A stretch of 64,000 nt of DNA from Mytilus californianus (lineage: Eukaryota). A program made the position numbers and the translations under genes. This document shows, in pieces, positions 22,995 to 36,314 of the stretch; position 1 is the stretch's first letter, and every line of letters begins with the position of its first letter. Location: positions 63,984,001-64,048,000 of the forward strand of contig NW_026262723.1 in NCBI RefSeq assembly GCF_021869535.1, written 5' to 3'. The notes under the pieces are model-generated. The model had not been told where the DNA came from. It worked only from the letters and a program-made list of their open reading frames with translations, and did not search any database.

Positions 22995-24775
22995 GTAGTT
23001 CACCTTAGCTGTATTTGACAAAACCTTTCCGAATTATGAGTCCTAAATGTTCTTCAGCTTTGTACTTTATTTGGCCATTTCATTTTGATTTGAGTGTCAC
23101 TGATGAGTAATTTATGGACGAAAAGCGCCTATGACGCACTAAATTATAAGCCTTGTGTTTGTAATTTTTTTTTTTTTTTTCACAATGCAGTCATTTTGGA
23201 AATCCATACAAAAACAACAAAATATAGCTTCTTCAAATCTTTAACATTATAATTAAATATTGTATAAGTGACACTATCGTTGCTGGCTCTTAACAGCTGC
23301 TCAAATTTCCCTGGACAAGTAAAAAATCTAAAGTTGAAAAAGACAGAATCTGTTCTTCATTAACTCTCTTTTTAAATAAATAAATAATTATATCAATAAT
23401 CCCAGACAATATCGACAAACTTGCATAATTTTTAATATTTTCCTTTCTAAATATAAACATAGTAAAATGATGGCCCATTAGAGTAAAAATCAGTTGCTGA
23501 CGCATTCTTTGATGAACCATTCAGATTGGACCTGATTATTTAAGGAAAACTAATATAAGTTGGAAATCACCTTAAAATTGTTGACTTTCAAAAAACTTGA
23601 ACCAAAAAGAAATCAATGAAAATTAAAAAATATATATATTTATAGATAGATTTTAACTTGATAATTATGAGCTTTCTCAAAGTGCATCACTACTTTATTT
23701 AAGGAAACAAGATGCAGAACAATCAAGTATATTTGTGTATAAGAATGAACCAATTTTTACCACCCTTTTACCGAGGATAAAATATGCTTATCTATTGCTC
23801 AAAAAGACCATAAATTTTCCAGTAAAAGGCTCCATCCAACCTCTAAGGGAACAAATAATGTCCCTTAAAGGCAAAACAGCATAAAACCAACGTAGTTACT
23901 TAAACTCATCAATACATCGTCAAAAGGAAACGGCAACTTTATAGTTTTTTTTTACTAAAGCTATAAAATAAGAATTGTATAAGATCCATAAAGCAATGGA
24001 AGTCAACATTGTATATTTATATAAACGATAGTACTTGTAAATAAATAAATAAATAAATATAGTTAAATAAATAAAAATATGAGATAATATAGCATCTAAA
24101 TCGTTGCAATATGATACGATTTTGAAAATTGTATTCATTGTGTTGACCAGCTATCCTACACGTCTTGGTTCATTGACATTATATATCACCATGTTCACAC
24201 GACACACTATCGGTTTGCGTTCACACAAATTCCGGATTAAATGGCAATGAATCCGGAGTCAAAACACTTGAGGTAGCCTAGATTAATGTATGTGATGACG
24301 CAAATGCGTACTATTCTTATCCAGAGTATCAGTGCGTATGCTTTCTATTTACTATTTCTTGCGCAAAAAAAAACACGTGCATGCATAAATATTAATTTCA
24401 CTCGCGAATGTGAATTTTCGCTTTTTTATCTTAATTCAGGACACGACAGTAAAAGCTTGACATGTGACCTTCAAGCATGATCATCATTAATTAGTAAAGG
24501 TATTCTGATCTCTAGCTGTTTCTCTTTTTTTTTAGTGACTTTCCTATTATAAACTTTGACATTTTCGAAATGCTAAGGATTTTCTACCCCAGGAATAGAT
24601 TACCTTAGATGTATTCGGCAAAACTTTTGTTTCGAATTTTTGGTCCTCAATTCCTTTCAACTTCGTACTTTATTTGGCCTTTTTAACTTATTTTTCTATT
24701 TGAGCGTCACTGGTGAGTCTTTTGTAGACTGAACTCGCGTCTGGCGTACAACATTTTAATCCTGGCATCTTTTTA
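22995..24775. repeat. Two copies (22995-23165, 24560-24775) of another dispersed repeat family
   Basis: Shared accttag.tgtatt.g.caaaac.ttt...tcctcaat..t.ttcaacttcgtactttatttggcc...tttgagcgtcactg.tgagt...gtagacgaa.cgcg.ctgg motif; inverted partial copy near 31475-31530. Confidence 0.65.
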
Positions 24776-27404
24776 TATCTACATATCTTTTATATAAATT
24801 GGTTCTTTTGAGAGTATGTTAAGGTATTCATAAAACTTCTGAAAATATAATATTCTTCAAAACCAAGTTTTCCTGTAGAATATTTGGATTGATTTAAGTA
24901 ACTTCAGGAAATCCTTAAAATTTGAGATGTTCTATGAGACCAAAATAATTCTCAGAATATAAGAGGTCCCAATGAAGCTGGTGTGTTACTCTCAAGGAAA
25001 ATATACGAAACCTTCTTATAAGTTGCATGCCACAGGGTTTCACTTCACATGGAAATTGGACTTTAAATTTATCTATACAACATCTACCATGAGTACAGAC
25101 AGCTTCAATAACGAGTATAAGAATAATTGAAGGCATCCAGGAAACAAAATATTAAGATATGATAGATAAATAAATGCATCCAGATTATAAAGCAAGCTGA
25201 GTCCTTAAATTTATATTGCGATTGGTCTGTGCAATTTGCATTAGACATCCGGTTTGCAGAAACTGGGATTTGCAATGGGATAATGAAAAAATTATGTACA
25301 TTCTCAAGTTATAAATAAAATAGTCAAGTCTTAAAATGTAAATTCAAATAGTAGCTTCATATATATATACACTTTTCTATTCACAACTATCCAACATTGC
25401 TTTCAATTGACTTGTGCAAGAATCTTCACACAACTATACATTTTCAATAAAGGCGTTTTAACATCATCATTATCTTATTCTATTCAAGGTCAATTATTTC
25501 AAACCAAAAGCCAACAAAAATTCAGCAACAAATTTTTGGTGACCAGCAGCGGTCTCGGGTTCACGTATTGCTTTTCTTTTTTTTAAAGAAAGCAACTTGT
25601 TTTTACAAACCCATCGGTAATCATTTTAACGCCAAATTAAATATTGCACAAAAAATAATGAGTTCTGTTGAAAGATTTCCCATCTTCAGTTAGAAAACCT
25701 AATCCTTTTGTATCATCATAGAACTATTTTAGATGAAAAAAGAAATGCACTTTGAACTTATTAATTGACATATAAAATGAAGAACTAACAACTTATTAAG
25801 GCTACTATGTACATATCTGAGAATACTTGCAGTTACATAATGCAAGTTTGAGTGTAATAACAACTGATAGTAAGTAAGTAATTTTTATTGAAAAAAAGTC
25901 CAGACATTGGACTATCATAAAATACAACAATTACAAAATGAACATATACATGACTTGTGTTTATAAAATGGAACGAAATTATGAAAACAACTATACATTA
26001 AACAGAACACTTATCATCACTGATACCACGGCTGAGTTAATTAGAGTTAAGTCCCATGTTATATATATCTTAGTTATTACAAAGAATTTAGTGTTAGTGA
26101 TTATTCAGAATTCATCCATGACACGAAATCAGAACATACACACGGGCCATATCCCTAACATCAAAGGAACGGTGCTTTTATTGCAGTTCACAACAATGCC
26201 TTCAACATAGAACAAAAACTCTCACATCACTGCAAAGTTAAGACGGTCTTTAGCAAAGGTTTGAGTATGATTCTTTGCAAAATGACGATCATCCCACCAC
26301 CGTTTATTGAGAATCGAGCCGTGGAGTAATGTCAATAAATTAAAACGGTAAAACGTAACTATACTATCATACATGCATGTTTAAAAGAATGTGGCTAAAC
26401 TAAAAAAAATAACGACTAGGGTTTACCACTACTAACCTCACCATTAGATAGTTCTATGGGGAACTAAAGGAAACAAATGATACATCATGAAATTGAATAT
26501 TATGTCCAGAACAATGCAAGACATAGAGGTGTATACGAATGAAAGTTATGATAGATCCGAATTTTATTCAAAATGCACCAATAAGAAACCGTAGTTTTTC
26601 TTCAATTTATTTACCTAAAACTATTAAATCAGCTGCAAAATTATTAACCAGACTCAAGCTGACAGCCACTTTTAGCAGCCAATCAAGATAGCAGCCAATT
26701 TTCATAATATGTCTAAAAACCAAAAAACTGTATAAGACTCAAACGTTCCAAAAATCTCAAAATCTTATTTAAATATAATTTTAACATTGTCACGGCTTGT
26801 CGTGATTCTCAAAAGATGACAGTCCGTTTTAACTACCAATGATGATAGCAGCCACTTTTCTCGGAGGACACTGTTCGTTTAATAAAAAAATGTACAATTT
26901 AAAATCGTTTTTTCTGTTCTTTTTCTCGTTTTTTGAATCCTTATGATAAGGAGGTACAGAAAATTAAAAAAAATATAACTACCATTGTTAATAATGGTTT
27001 TAAGAAAGTTGTGAGGAATCGTGTTATATATATTATTCCAACCAATTTGGACTGAATAAAAAATAAAAAAGATGCAATGTACGATAGAAAAATTACATAC
27101 ATACTTTCCATACACTCGGCATCCTCAAATATCCAGTATTTCAGTTGAAACCATTTTTAATATCTATTTCTGTATATATAAAATGAAAACATTTTGATAT
27201 ACATGTAATGTTAATCTCTTTTTTGATGTGAAAAGTATTTTCTATACAAATCCTACGTGGACTATTTTGTACGGAATGCAACATTACAAATTCATTAATT
27301 TAAAACTGAAATTTTCCTTGTCAAATGTGCAAGTACAAATAATTGACATATAACTAAAACTTGTCATATGTGCCAGTACAAATAATTGACATATAACTAA
27401 AACT

Positions 27405-28115
27405 GTGGTGGCCAGACGGGCCCGGATCCCAGAAAAAAATTAAGTGGCGAATAGCCTGGGTCAATACCTTGGAAATGAGCTATGTCCGGTTCGGAACTTT
27501 GCCGTAGGGATATGCCGAGGAGTACCGAATAAGTGGTTGGTATGTAAAATACCCTAAGGGGCAGCTTTGAACCTTTGTGGTGGCCAGACGGGCCCGGATC
27601 CCCCAAAAAAATTTAAGTGGAGAATAGCCGCGGTCAACACCTTTGAAATGAGCTAGGTCTAGTTCGGAACTTTGCCGTAGGGACTTGTCGAGGAGTACCG
27701 AAAGAATGTGTGGTTAATATGAAAAGTACATAAAATGGCAAGTATGTTAAGGGGCAACTTTGAACCCCTGTGGTGGCCAGACGGGCCCGGATCCCAGACA
27801 AATATTTAAGCGGGGAATAGCCTGGGTCAATACCTTGGAAATGAGCTAGGTCCGGTTCGGAACTTTGCGTAGGGATATGCCGAGGAGTACTTGATGTGTG
27901 GTTGCCACGGTATGGAAAATACGCTATTAAAGGGGCAACTTTGAACCTCTATGTTGGCCAGACGAGCCCGGATCCCAAAATAAAATTAAGTGGCGATTAT
28001 CCTCGGTCAACACTTTTCAAATGAGCCAGGACTGGTTCGGAATTATGCCGTAAGGACTTGCAGAGGAGTACCGAAAGAAAGTGTGGTTAATATGAAAATT
28101 ACATTGAATGGCAAC
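27405..28115. repeat. Four-monomer satellite array (monomers 172, 193, 181 and ~165 bp)
   Basis: Monomers start gtggtggccagacgggcccggatccc at 27405, 27577, 27770 and 27951. Monomer size and the GGGCCC site recall the Mytilus ApaI satellite, but this was not aligned. Confidence 0.9.
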
Positions 28116-28117
28116 TT

Positions 28118-28165
28118 AAGAGAGAGAGAGAAAGAGAGAGAAATATAATAGATAGATAAGATAGA
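28118..28165. repeat. (AG)n / (AGAT)n microsatellite
   Basis: Direct reading. Confidence 0.9.
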
Positions 28166-28284
28166 TAGATAGACGATTCAATAGAAAGTATTAATCATCA
28201 GTATCAAATTCCTCAAATAAAACATATCGATGAACTATCAGAATTTAATCATCTCATTTACATGCAACAGTTATTGATTAGTTA

Positions 28285-29245
28285 AGTTTCCGACCGGGAG
28301 AAAAATAAATGTTGAACAACTTAACTGTATCCGTATAAGTAAATACGCAGTTTATAAACCTTGTATTGTGATGGCCTTTTGAAACTCAATAAGAATGGAC
28401 ACATTACTATTGGTCGATGCACATTATACATGTGATTAAAGGGTGAATTTCAATAAAACCTCAGTTCCTAAAGGTTGCACTTCTGTAAATATAGACAATG
28501 AAATTTCCCATAGGAACTCCTTTTACGGCTAAAACTGTGCCATTTTTACTATGAAGTTTCGTAAAAAATTATATCCTAGAATGGGAAGTTCATATACACT
28601 ACTATTTGTTTCCAAGGTCAAAACATAGGGCTGTGCGGCATATTTTCAACATTTATATGCCCCGAACTTCTAAGAGTTCAAACTTATACTAAAATTCTGT
28701 ACTACCCATCCCTTCACTTTGGGTCTACCTCATAATTCAATTTCGCTGCTATCCATGTGTATTTATACTGGTAACATTCCCCAAGTTATCTCTCTATGAG
28801 ATGAAACATCGATATCATATCTGGGAACCAGTACGATAACAAAACAAAATATCTATGAATATTATATATCTCCCCAAAAGAGGGGTGGTTTGTGAAACAG
28901 CTGTATTTACAAAGTGCAACCTAAAATATTGTGTCTTAGTAACGGAAAAAGGCAACTTAAAGGAAAACTAGTTATATGTCTATATCCATCAATAAGCAGA
29001 TCGATTTTTGTGGATCGTTGCCTCATTGGCAATCATACCAAACCTCCTTATTGTTATATCAGTAACGTATCTAACTAGGTCTTTCCAACTGTAAAAATTT
29101 TCTTGAAACAAATCATCAAGGAGCGGCGTACATTTTTAGGTATTGTGGACTTATTTATGCGTATGTCATATTATGGAAAAAGTATAGTACGCAACTAATA
29201 TTTGTCTATTAATTTTTTCATAGATATACTTCCATGCTAGTTACT
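28285..29245. repeat. Older, diverged third copy of the mytilin downstream-flank block
   Basis: tttccgaccgggag.aaaataaatgttg...aataaaacctcag and aaagtatagtacgcaa.taatatttgtc align with 32510-32956 and 58810-59290. Confidence 0.8.
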
Positions 29246-29609
29246 TAATAAACGTTAAAAAAAGATGTTTATTTAGTTTGGTATTTTGGCATGTTTGGTG
29301 ATGATCATCAATTCGCTAATTCATAGTTTGAAGCAGAATTAACATGTTTCTTAATTGAAACTCCCTACACATCTAGTATGGGCATTGCACAATATCGTGT
29401 CTTTAAAACCTACTCTAAAGTAGACAGCTGCGTATATAAGGCTGTAGGACGACATGAAAAAAGGGGGCTTGCTATGCGGTTTGGGTTTTGCTCATTGTGG
29501 AACGCTGTGCTATGATCTAAAGTGGCTACTATTTTCGTCTTTTGGTCTTTGGTTGATATTGATTTAATAGGCAATCGTTTTACATTTCTCTAATTTTCAT
29601 GCTATTTTT

Positions 29610-30040
29610 GCATTTCTCGATCGATTTGAGAAAACTATTTCTCATCTCTAGAGAAAACTTTGTTCTCGGCAAATTATTAGTCGAAATAAAATTATGACGT
29701 CAAACTTTCTTGATTTCTTCTGAGGTTCCTATTGTGACGTCATGAAAAAAGGCGACCATGCCTGATGACGTCATGAAAAAAAGGCGACCATGCCTGATGA
29801 CGCCAAATATAAAGAACACGACGTTCTGCAAATCTTTGAAAAGGAAGGATAAACTTTGTTTCGATATCGTCTTAAAATCATTAGAGAAACAGATTCCACC
29901 TTTATATCTCGTGTATTATGATATTTCTTCACTCTCAACAGTTAAATTTTAAATATTTAAAAAGCTCGGCAAGCCTCGCGGTTCAAACTTTAAAATTAAA
30001 CTGTCTCGAGTGGAGGAAATCTCGTAACATACTGGATGCA
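29610..30040. mobile_element. Non-autonomous element with internal inverted repeats around aaaagctcggcaagcctcgc (Crypton-like organisation) and a ~30-bp direct repeat
   Basis: atttcttcactctcaacagttaaattttaa ... ttaaaattaaactgtctcgagtggaggaaat is an imperfect inverted pair; tgacgtcatgaaaaaaggcgaccatgcctga occurs twice at 29735-29792. Family label is from memory. Confidence 0.45.
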
Positions 30041-31732
30041 GTCTTGGAATCTATATTTTCTTATTTTTTAAATGTTATGAATTTCAAAAGTTCGTTTTAA
30101 CGAAATACTTTGATATCTGTTTTCTTTTTTAGATGTCCAAAATGGACTTCCAGAATACTTGAAATCTTTTCATCTTTCAAGTTAATTCAATAGAAAACAT
30201 TCGTACACATTTTTTTAAATTTGAATCTAGATGATACATCAGTAAAAAGTAGAGAGGAAGTTACTTAACCATGCATGTATCAATTTAATTTAATACTTCA
30301 AAGGTTTAATCATAAAATAAACGAAAAGCTGAAGTTCAAATTTCAGATAGCTACAAGTTATCGTCTTCTTAAATATAAATACTTATATAAAGGGTGCCGT
30401 ATGCATATCTGAATCACTTCCGGTGAATAGCTGTAATACATTATCTTACATTTTCTAAAAGTAAAAGTGTCCTATAATCGAATGATGTCTTTAATGGTGT
30501 TTACACTTGTCTTATTTGCTTTTGATTTGTATTCCTCATTTGTGTCTTGTCCTTATTTCACCATTGGTATAGTTTCCAAGGTATATTGTACCTGTATGCT
30601 ATGTATACAATAATGAACTTACAGCAATATTTTTAACTAGAGACCAAATCTGTAAACTAATCAAAGATTTCGTGGCAGCTGTAGACATTCTCTGTTCACA
30701 AAACACGATATCATTGAACCATACTCTAAAAGTAGTACCGTAGGGCGAGGTAAATTATTCGTATAACATTCGCTTAGGTCATGGTTTTAACGCTTTTTGA
30801 TATATATCACGCAAATGAACAACTCGTAAAAGTAGGTTCTCTCACCCAAGTTTTTTTTTCTGGAATCATACTACTCATTAATGTACAGAGGAAGATACTG
30901 TTCTGTTACAAATGAAAAAGTATGCATCATAAAATGTGTGAATACACGGAGATGCAAATCAAGCGTCAATGAGATAGCGACAAAGCGACAAAATGACATG
31001 TTTTGCTGTTAGGGATGTACAAATACCCTGCCACGTCCGGTCTTTGTTTTTGTTAGATGTTTTTCTCCATGGTATCGACCTGATGAGTTAAGCCCTTTTA
31101 ACTTATTTTTATAGTTTGCATTGTTCTTGTGTTGTGCTGTAACACCACTGTCCCAGGTTAGTTGATGTTTGAGCGCTCACAAACATGGACTTGTCCCAAG
31201 TCAGAAGCCTGTAGTTCAGTGGTTGTCGTTGATTCATTTCTGTCATATTTGGTTTTCGTAAATTGTTTTGTTTTAAATTAGGCCGTAAGTTTTCTCAATT
31301 GAATTGTTTCATATTTTTTATGTCGAGACCTTATATAGCCGACTATACGGTATTTTTTTTCTCATTGTTGAAGGCCGTACGGTTGCCCTAAATTGCTTAC
31401 ATCCATTTCATTTGAACTTTGGTGGATAGTTGTCTTATTGGTTATCATACCACATCTTCTTATTTATATTTAAATAAACTCATCATAGATACAATGATTG
31501 AAATATTATACGACAGACGCGCGTTTCGTCTAATGGCCAAATAAAGGTCAGCATATGGTCTTCAACGGGACAAAGATCTATACAGTATGTTAAATTCAAT
31601 TCAATTCAAATTTAGAAAAGTTATGAGTAACTTAAATTTAGACTATCAAAGGTCAATCGTCAGTTTTAAAACCTTATATGACAAAAAACATTACGGTATA
31701 GAGATCTTAATACTACCCTTCATAATCTCGAC

Positions 31733-32956
31733 CAGTGGGCCTACACAAGGTACGTAACAGAACGTACAATGAAATCAGTACAGTGACAGGACTTATCTCT
31801 ATGATACCGGTAAAATAGTTAGCAAAATACAACTACACTATGTACAAGTAATAAGCAATACCGTATCAAAGTATGATAACATTTCCTTAAAACAAGGTCA
31901 AAGTACTTAAGCTGCTGATATGAAATCATGTCATGCCATGCTATACTTGTATTCTATTATCTATTATCGGCTATACGTTTTATCAACTCGTTGTCAAATA
32001 TCCCAATTTGAACATCTTACGATATTTATTGAAGAGGATTGAATGTCCAAATGCCTTTAAAGCAAAGGACAATAGCTTAAAATCTACAGATCATTATAAT
32101 CTCCATAAAAATAAGTACAGATCCAGGATGTAGGATAAGCTATAAAAAGCGTCTAGACAACATAATGTGAAACATAAATTGGAAAGTATATACAACAGTA
32201 CGAAAAAGGCACTGTACTACAGCATGTACAACCTCCTGTCTTCGGATAGGCACCTTTAGTATATATACTGATGGTATAATAAAATGAAAGATGTCGGGAA
32301 TATGTCAGTGGAAGCCAACTGCACCATAACCGCCTCTCCCAGTACATAAATGAATGAATAAATAAATAAATAATGAACTATCTGCACATAATCATCCCAT
32401 TTGCATGCAATAGTCCCTTTACAGTAAGCAGTTTATCAATGTTATTCCATTCGTATTTGTTTTTCTTGATAGGATTAACCGGATATTTGAGGTTTTTGAT
32501 TTGATAGATTTCCGACCGGGAGGAAAATAAATGTTGTTGAACAACTTAACTGTATCTGTATAAGTAAATATGCAGTTTATAAACCTTGTATTGTGATGGC
32601 CTTTTCAAACTTAATAAGAATGGACATATGACTATTGATCGATGCACATTATAAAGGTGATTGAAGGGTGAATTTCAATAAAACCTCAGGTCCTAAAATA
32701 TTTTGTCTTGTTAACGAAAAAAGGCAAGGGAAAAGAATGCTAGTTCTATATCAATGTTTATATCCATCAATGAAGCAGATTTGGTTGTCTCAGTAATATG
32801 TCTAATTTGGTCTTTCCTCTTTCCAGTTTTATAAATTTTCATTAAACAAATCATCGAGGAGCAGCGCACATGTATTTAAGGTCATTGCAGTGCTTATTGT
32901 CTGTTGATGTACCTGTCAACTACCTTATGCAAACATCATATTATTTAGAAAGTATA
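31733..32956. repeat. Left part of tandem-duplication unit A (continues at 55030-58020); paralog of 58027-59240
   Basis: Near-continuous alignment from gtgg.cctacacaaggtacgtaacagaacg to ttatttagaaagtata. Confidence 0.92.
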
Positions 32957-35900
32957 GACAGGTTTTTCCGATTATCTGCCTTAGTTTGTGACGCGACTCC
33001 TAGGCATCGTCGTAGTAAGATCGCCATTACAACCGTGAAAAAATATAAACAAGATATAGATCTATATGCCCTGACCGCATATAATTAAATGTAAACACAA
33101 GAATGTGAAGTCGTACTTGACCTCGGCAAAATTATATGTGCTATAAATAATAAAGTAATTAGATAAGGATTCTAAGTGTATTGCAGGCCAGGTGTCGTGT
33201 CCTTAAAATATAACTGTATTTAATATGTTACACGCGGGACATAATAAATTTTATACGAATACTAATCCCAGGTTACATGTCGATTATAATCATTTGGTAA
33301 TCAAAATATTAATAATTATAACGCATACATAAATAAAAAATAAATAGTCTTGACCGGTCGAATGTGATATATCAGAAAAACCAGGGTGCAATTTTATCAA
33401 ATCATAGAAATTTCTGTGGTCAGACCTATAATGAGACAGTCCTAAAACTTAACAATCCACTAATCAGACGGTCCTACAGAGACGAGAGTTTTGTGCTTTT
33501 TGCTTGACTCACGTATAATGCTCAAAATTGAGTGACATTTTCGTATTACTTTGGTGTTCGCATGAATTGCGCTATATGCTATCGATGCGTCGGACCATAT
33601 GTATATAGATATAACTTTGCGATTAGAATATGGGCTTAAGAAGTTTTGAACTTTCACGGCCCATGTATTCCTATAGTTATAATGTGTTCGATTCCAATTT
33701 CTTTTGCAGAAAATTACTCGACACACAACTACTATAGTATGTATAGTATATAACATCATGATCCAGTCCATGCATAATATAAATGAATGCCATTAAACCA
33801 CATATCCAACTATCTCGGTCATCACGTGACTTTTGTGATTTATCAATGGCCGATAGGGTGTCAGTGTAAATGTATGGGACACTTCGGTTTATCGGTTCTA
33901 ACTTTTTTATAACTTTATGTATTTAACCTTCCAACCCCACATTTTTTAAATCTTTCTTATCGGCAAATAAATATGTAATAAATTTCAGTTCAGAAGTAAC
34001 ATTTCTTGCTTCAAATTAGGTTTGAAAATCGAGGTTTAACAACTGGAAGGTCCCGTTAACGCCTTTGTTAAAACTCGATAAAAATGCTATAGGACCATCT
34101 TATATATTCAAATATCTTATCTTATTTATTGTTAATAATATCCTTCCAACCCCCAAAACTCTAAATAAGACATTAAAGTTGGAAATTCCGAGAACTAAAT
34201 CAGTTCAGGTAACGAACATTTTGCTTCAAAATTCGATTGAAAATTCTCAATTTTTGCAATCTCGTCGAAATTTTTAAAATGGCGGAGTCTACCGGAAGTA
34301 ATCATCATATAGCCACGGTGTGCGAAAGATTTGTCTGTTTATCGTGATTATATGTTTTATAAATATCGACTCTATATTTATAGTTTATATTTTAAACTTT
34401 ATAAGTCCTTGTTTTAATACATAAAATTTTCGAGAGAAAAACAAAAAATTTAGCTTGTCCAGACAGTTCAAAATGAGTATAAAGTGCATGAGAACATAAT
34501 ATGATTTGTAAATCACTGGTTGAATTTGTGTCTCGCATATGAACGTTTGAAACAGCAATAGAGGTTCCTTGTGATCACAAATGATCTGAATTAGACTTAA
34601 TATAAGAACAATATTATCTTTCCCTCTTCATTTTGTTGAAATGTCCTTTTTTTCACAATTCTGGTACTGTACTTGCAATTTTTTTATGACTTTATGGTTT
34701 CATTTTTTTGTATCATTTGTGAACGCCTGCGCTCTTACGAATGAATTATAATGTTTAAAGCATGTATATGGGGAGGGTAAGGCACCTGCAAACACCCCAC
34801 CACAATAAAATGTGCCTGTCCCAAGTCAGGAGCCTGTGATTCATTACTTGGTTGTCGTTTGTTGCTGTACATCATTTTTCTTCCTTCGTTTTCTTGGGAT
34901 CTTATTTTGTACATAGATCCGACCAATAGTCTCCTCATTTGAATTGTTTTATTTTTTGTCACTTCGTGGCCTTTCATACCTGGCTATGCGGTGTAGGTTT
35001 TGCTCATTGTTGAAAGCAGTACGATGACCTGTAGTTTTAAATTTCTGTGTCATTTGGTCTCTAGTATTGGCAATCATACCACATCTCCTTATTTTTATAA
35101 ATAGTCCTCAAGCCAGTTCTGGTTGTTTTTACTTGTGACAAATGTATCAAGTAGTTGCAATTGTGCGAGGAAAAGTGTACACAAAAGAATATTTATCCAT
35201 GATAATGATAGTTTTTTTTTTTCTCACACTAGTTATTCGCCCAGATGTTGTTTGCCTCACTGTTTTTTTTTATTAATTTTCTTTAAAACTCAAACGTTAT
35301 AGATTCTTAAGATTTGAAGAAAAATAGCTTCGGGTTTCACAAGTACTGAATTGTTTTAATTTTGTCAAGTGAAGACCTCGTACAGCTAATAATGTATGCT
35401 ATGTGGTAAAGGTTTTGCTTATTGATGAAGGAAGTTAAGGATGACCTACAGTTGTTGTAAATCACCCTTAATATCCAGTGGATATGTAATGTCTTAACGG
35501 CCATTATATTGCCTCTGCTTTTTATAAACCAATCTGGCAATATAGATCATTTTTACAAATGTTTATTGTTGAAGACCTTTGGATACGTGTCAGTTTTATG
35601 TGGTTAAATTTTAATTTTTTGTTTTTTTTTGTCTTATGATCTCTTATTTCAATATGTATGAAAATGATAACAGTTTCTATTTTAAATATCTCTGAATCTA
35701 ATAAAATACCAACAATAATAAGTTTAATATAAATTTATTTTGCATTTCATAAATAAATATCACATAAGATACATAAATATCACATAAGATACTCAGTTAT
35801 ATCTATATATATATACATTTGATAACTTAACAATGGGTTCATTTTGAACTTTCATAAACATAAATCTCTATTTCAAAATAAATTAAACATATAAAAAGCA

Positions 35901-36314
35901 TATGATAATAATGGTAAACTGTCTTTTAGTAAGCATTAATCTAGACATTTTGTACATAAGGGCCAATAATAATGTTCACATGTGTATATGTCCCATACAT
36001 TTATTGTATGTATAAACTTAACAAGATCCAAGCTTGCTTAAATAAAGATCTTCAATTTAAACAATTCTCGATTTACAATATTTAATTGTGAGAATTACAG
36101 CAATGTTTTCATCCAATGTGCATTTAATAAATTTAACACAGATAATATTTACACAAATATCTAAACAAAAATAGTTTTTTTGTCAAAATATTTATCAAAA
36201 TTGATGTTCTTGAAAATAAATCTTCTAATTGGTAAAGATTTACAAAAACTTTATAAAAATACACATGTTCACATAACTATTGGCACAATCATCAATAATA
36301 CATAAGTCTACTGA

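Noticed and set aside
27405-28115. Regularly spaced repeats that might suggest a CRISPR array
   Set aside because: Whole ~180-bp monomers are homologous with no unique spacers, the context is eukaryotic, and there are no cas genes.
33460-33771. 103-aa ORF near the left end of the 22-kb element
   Set aside because: No recognisable domain or splice context; kept as unexplained.
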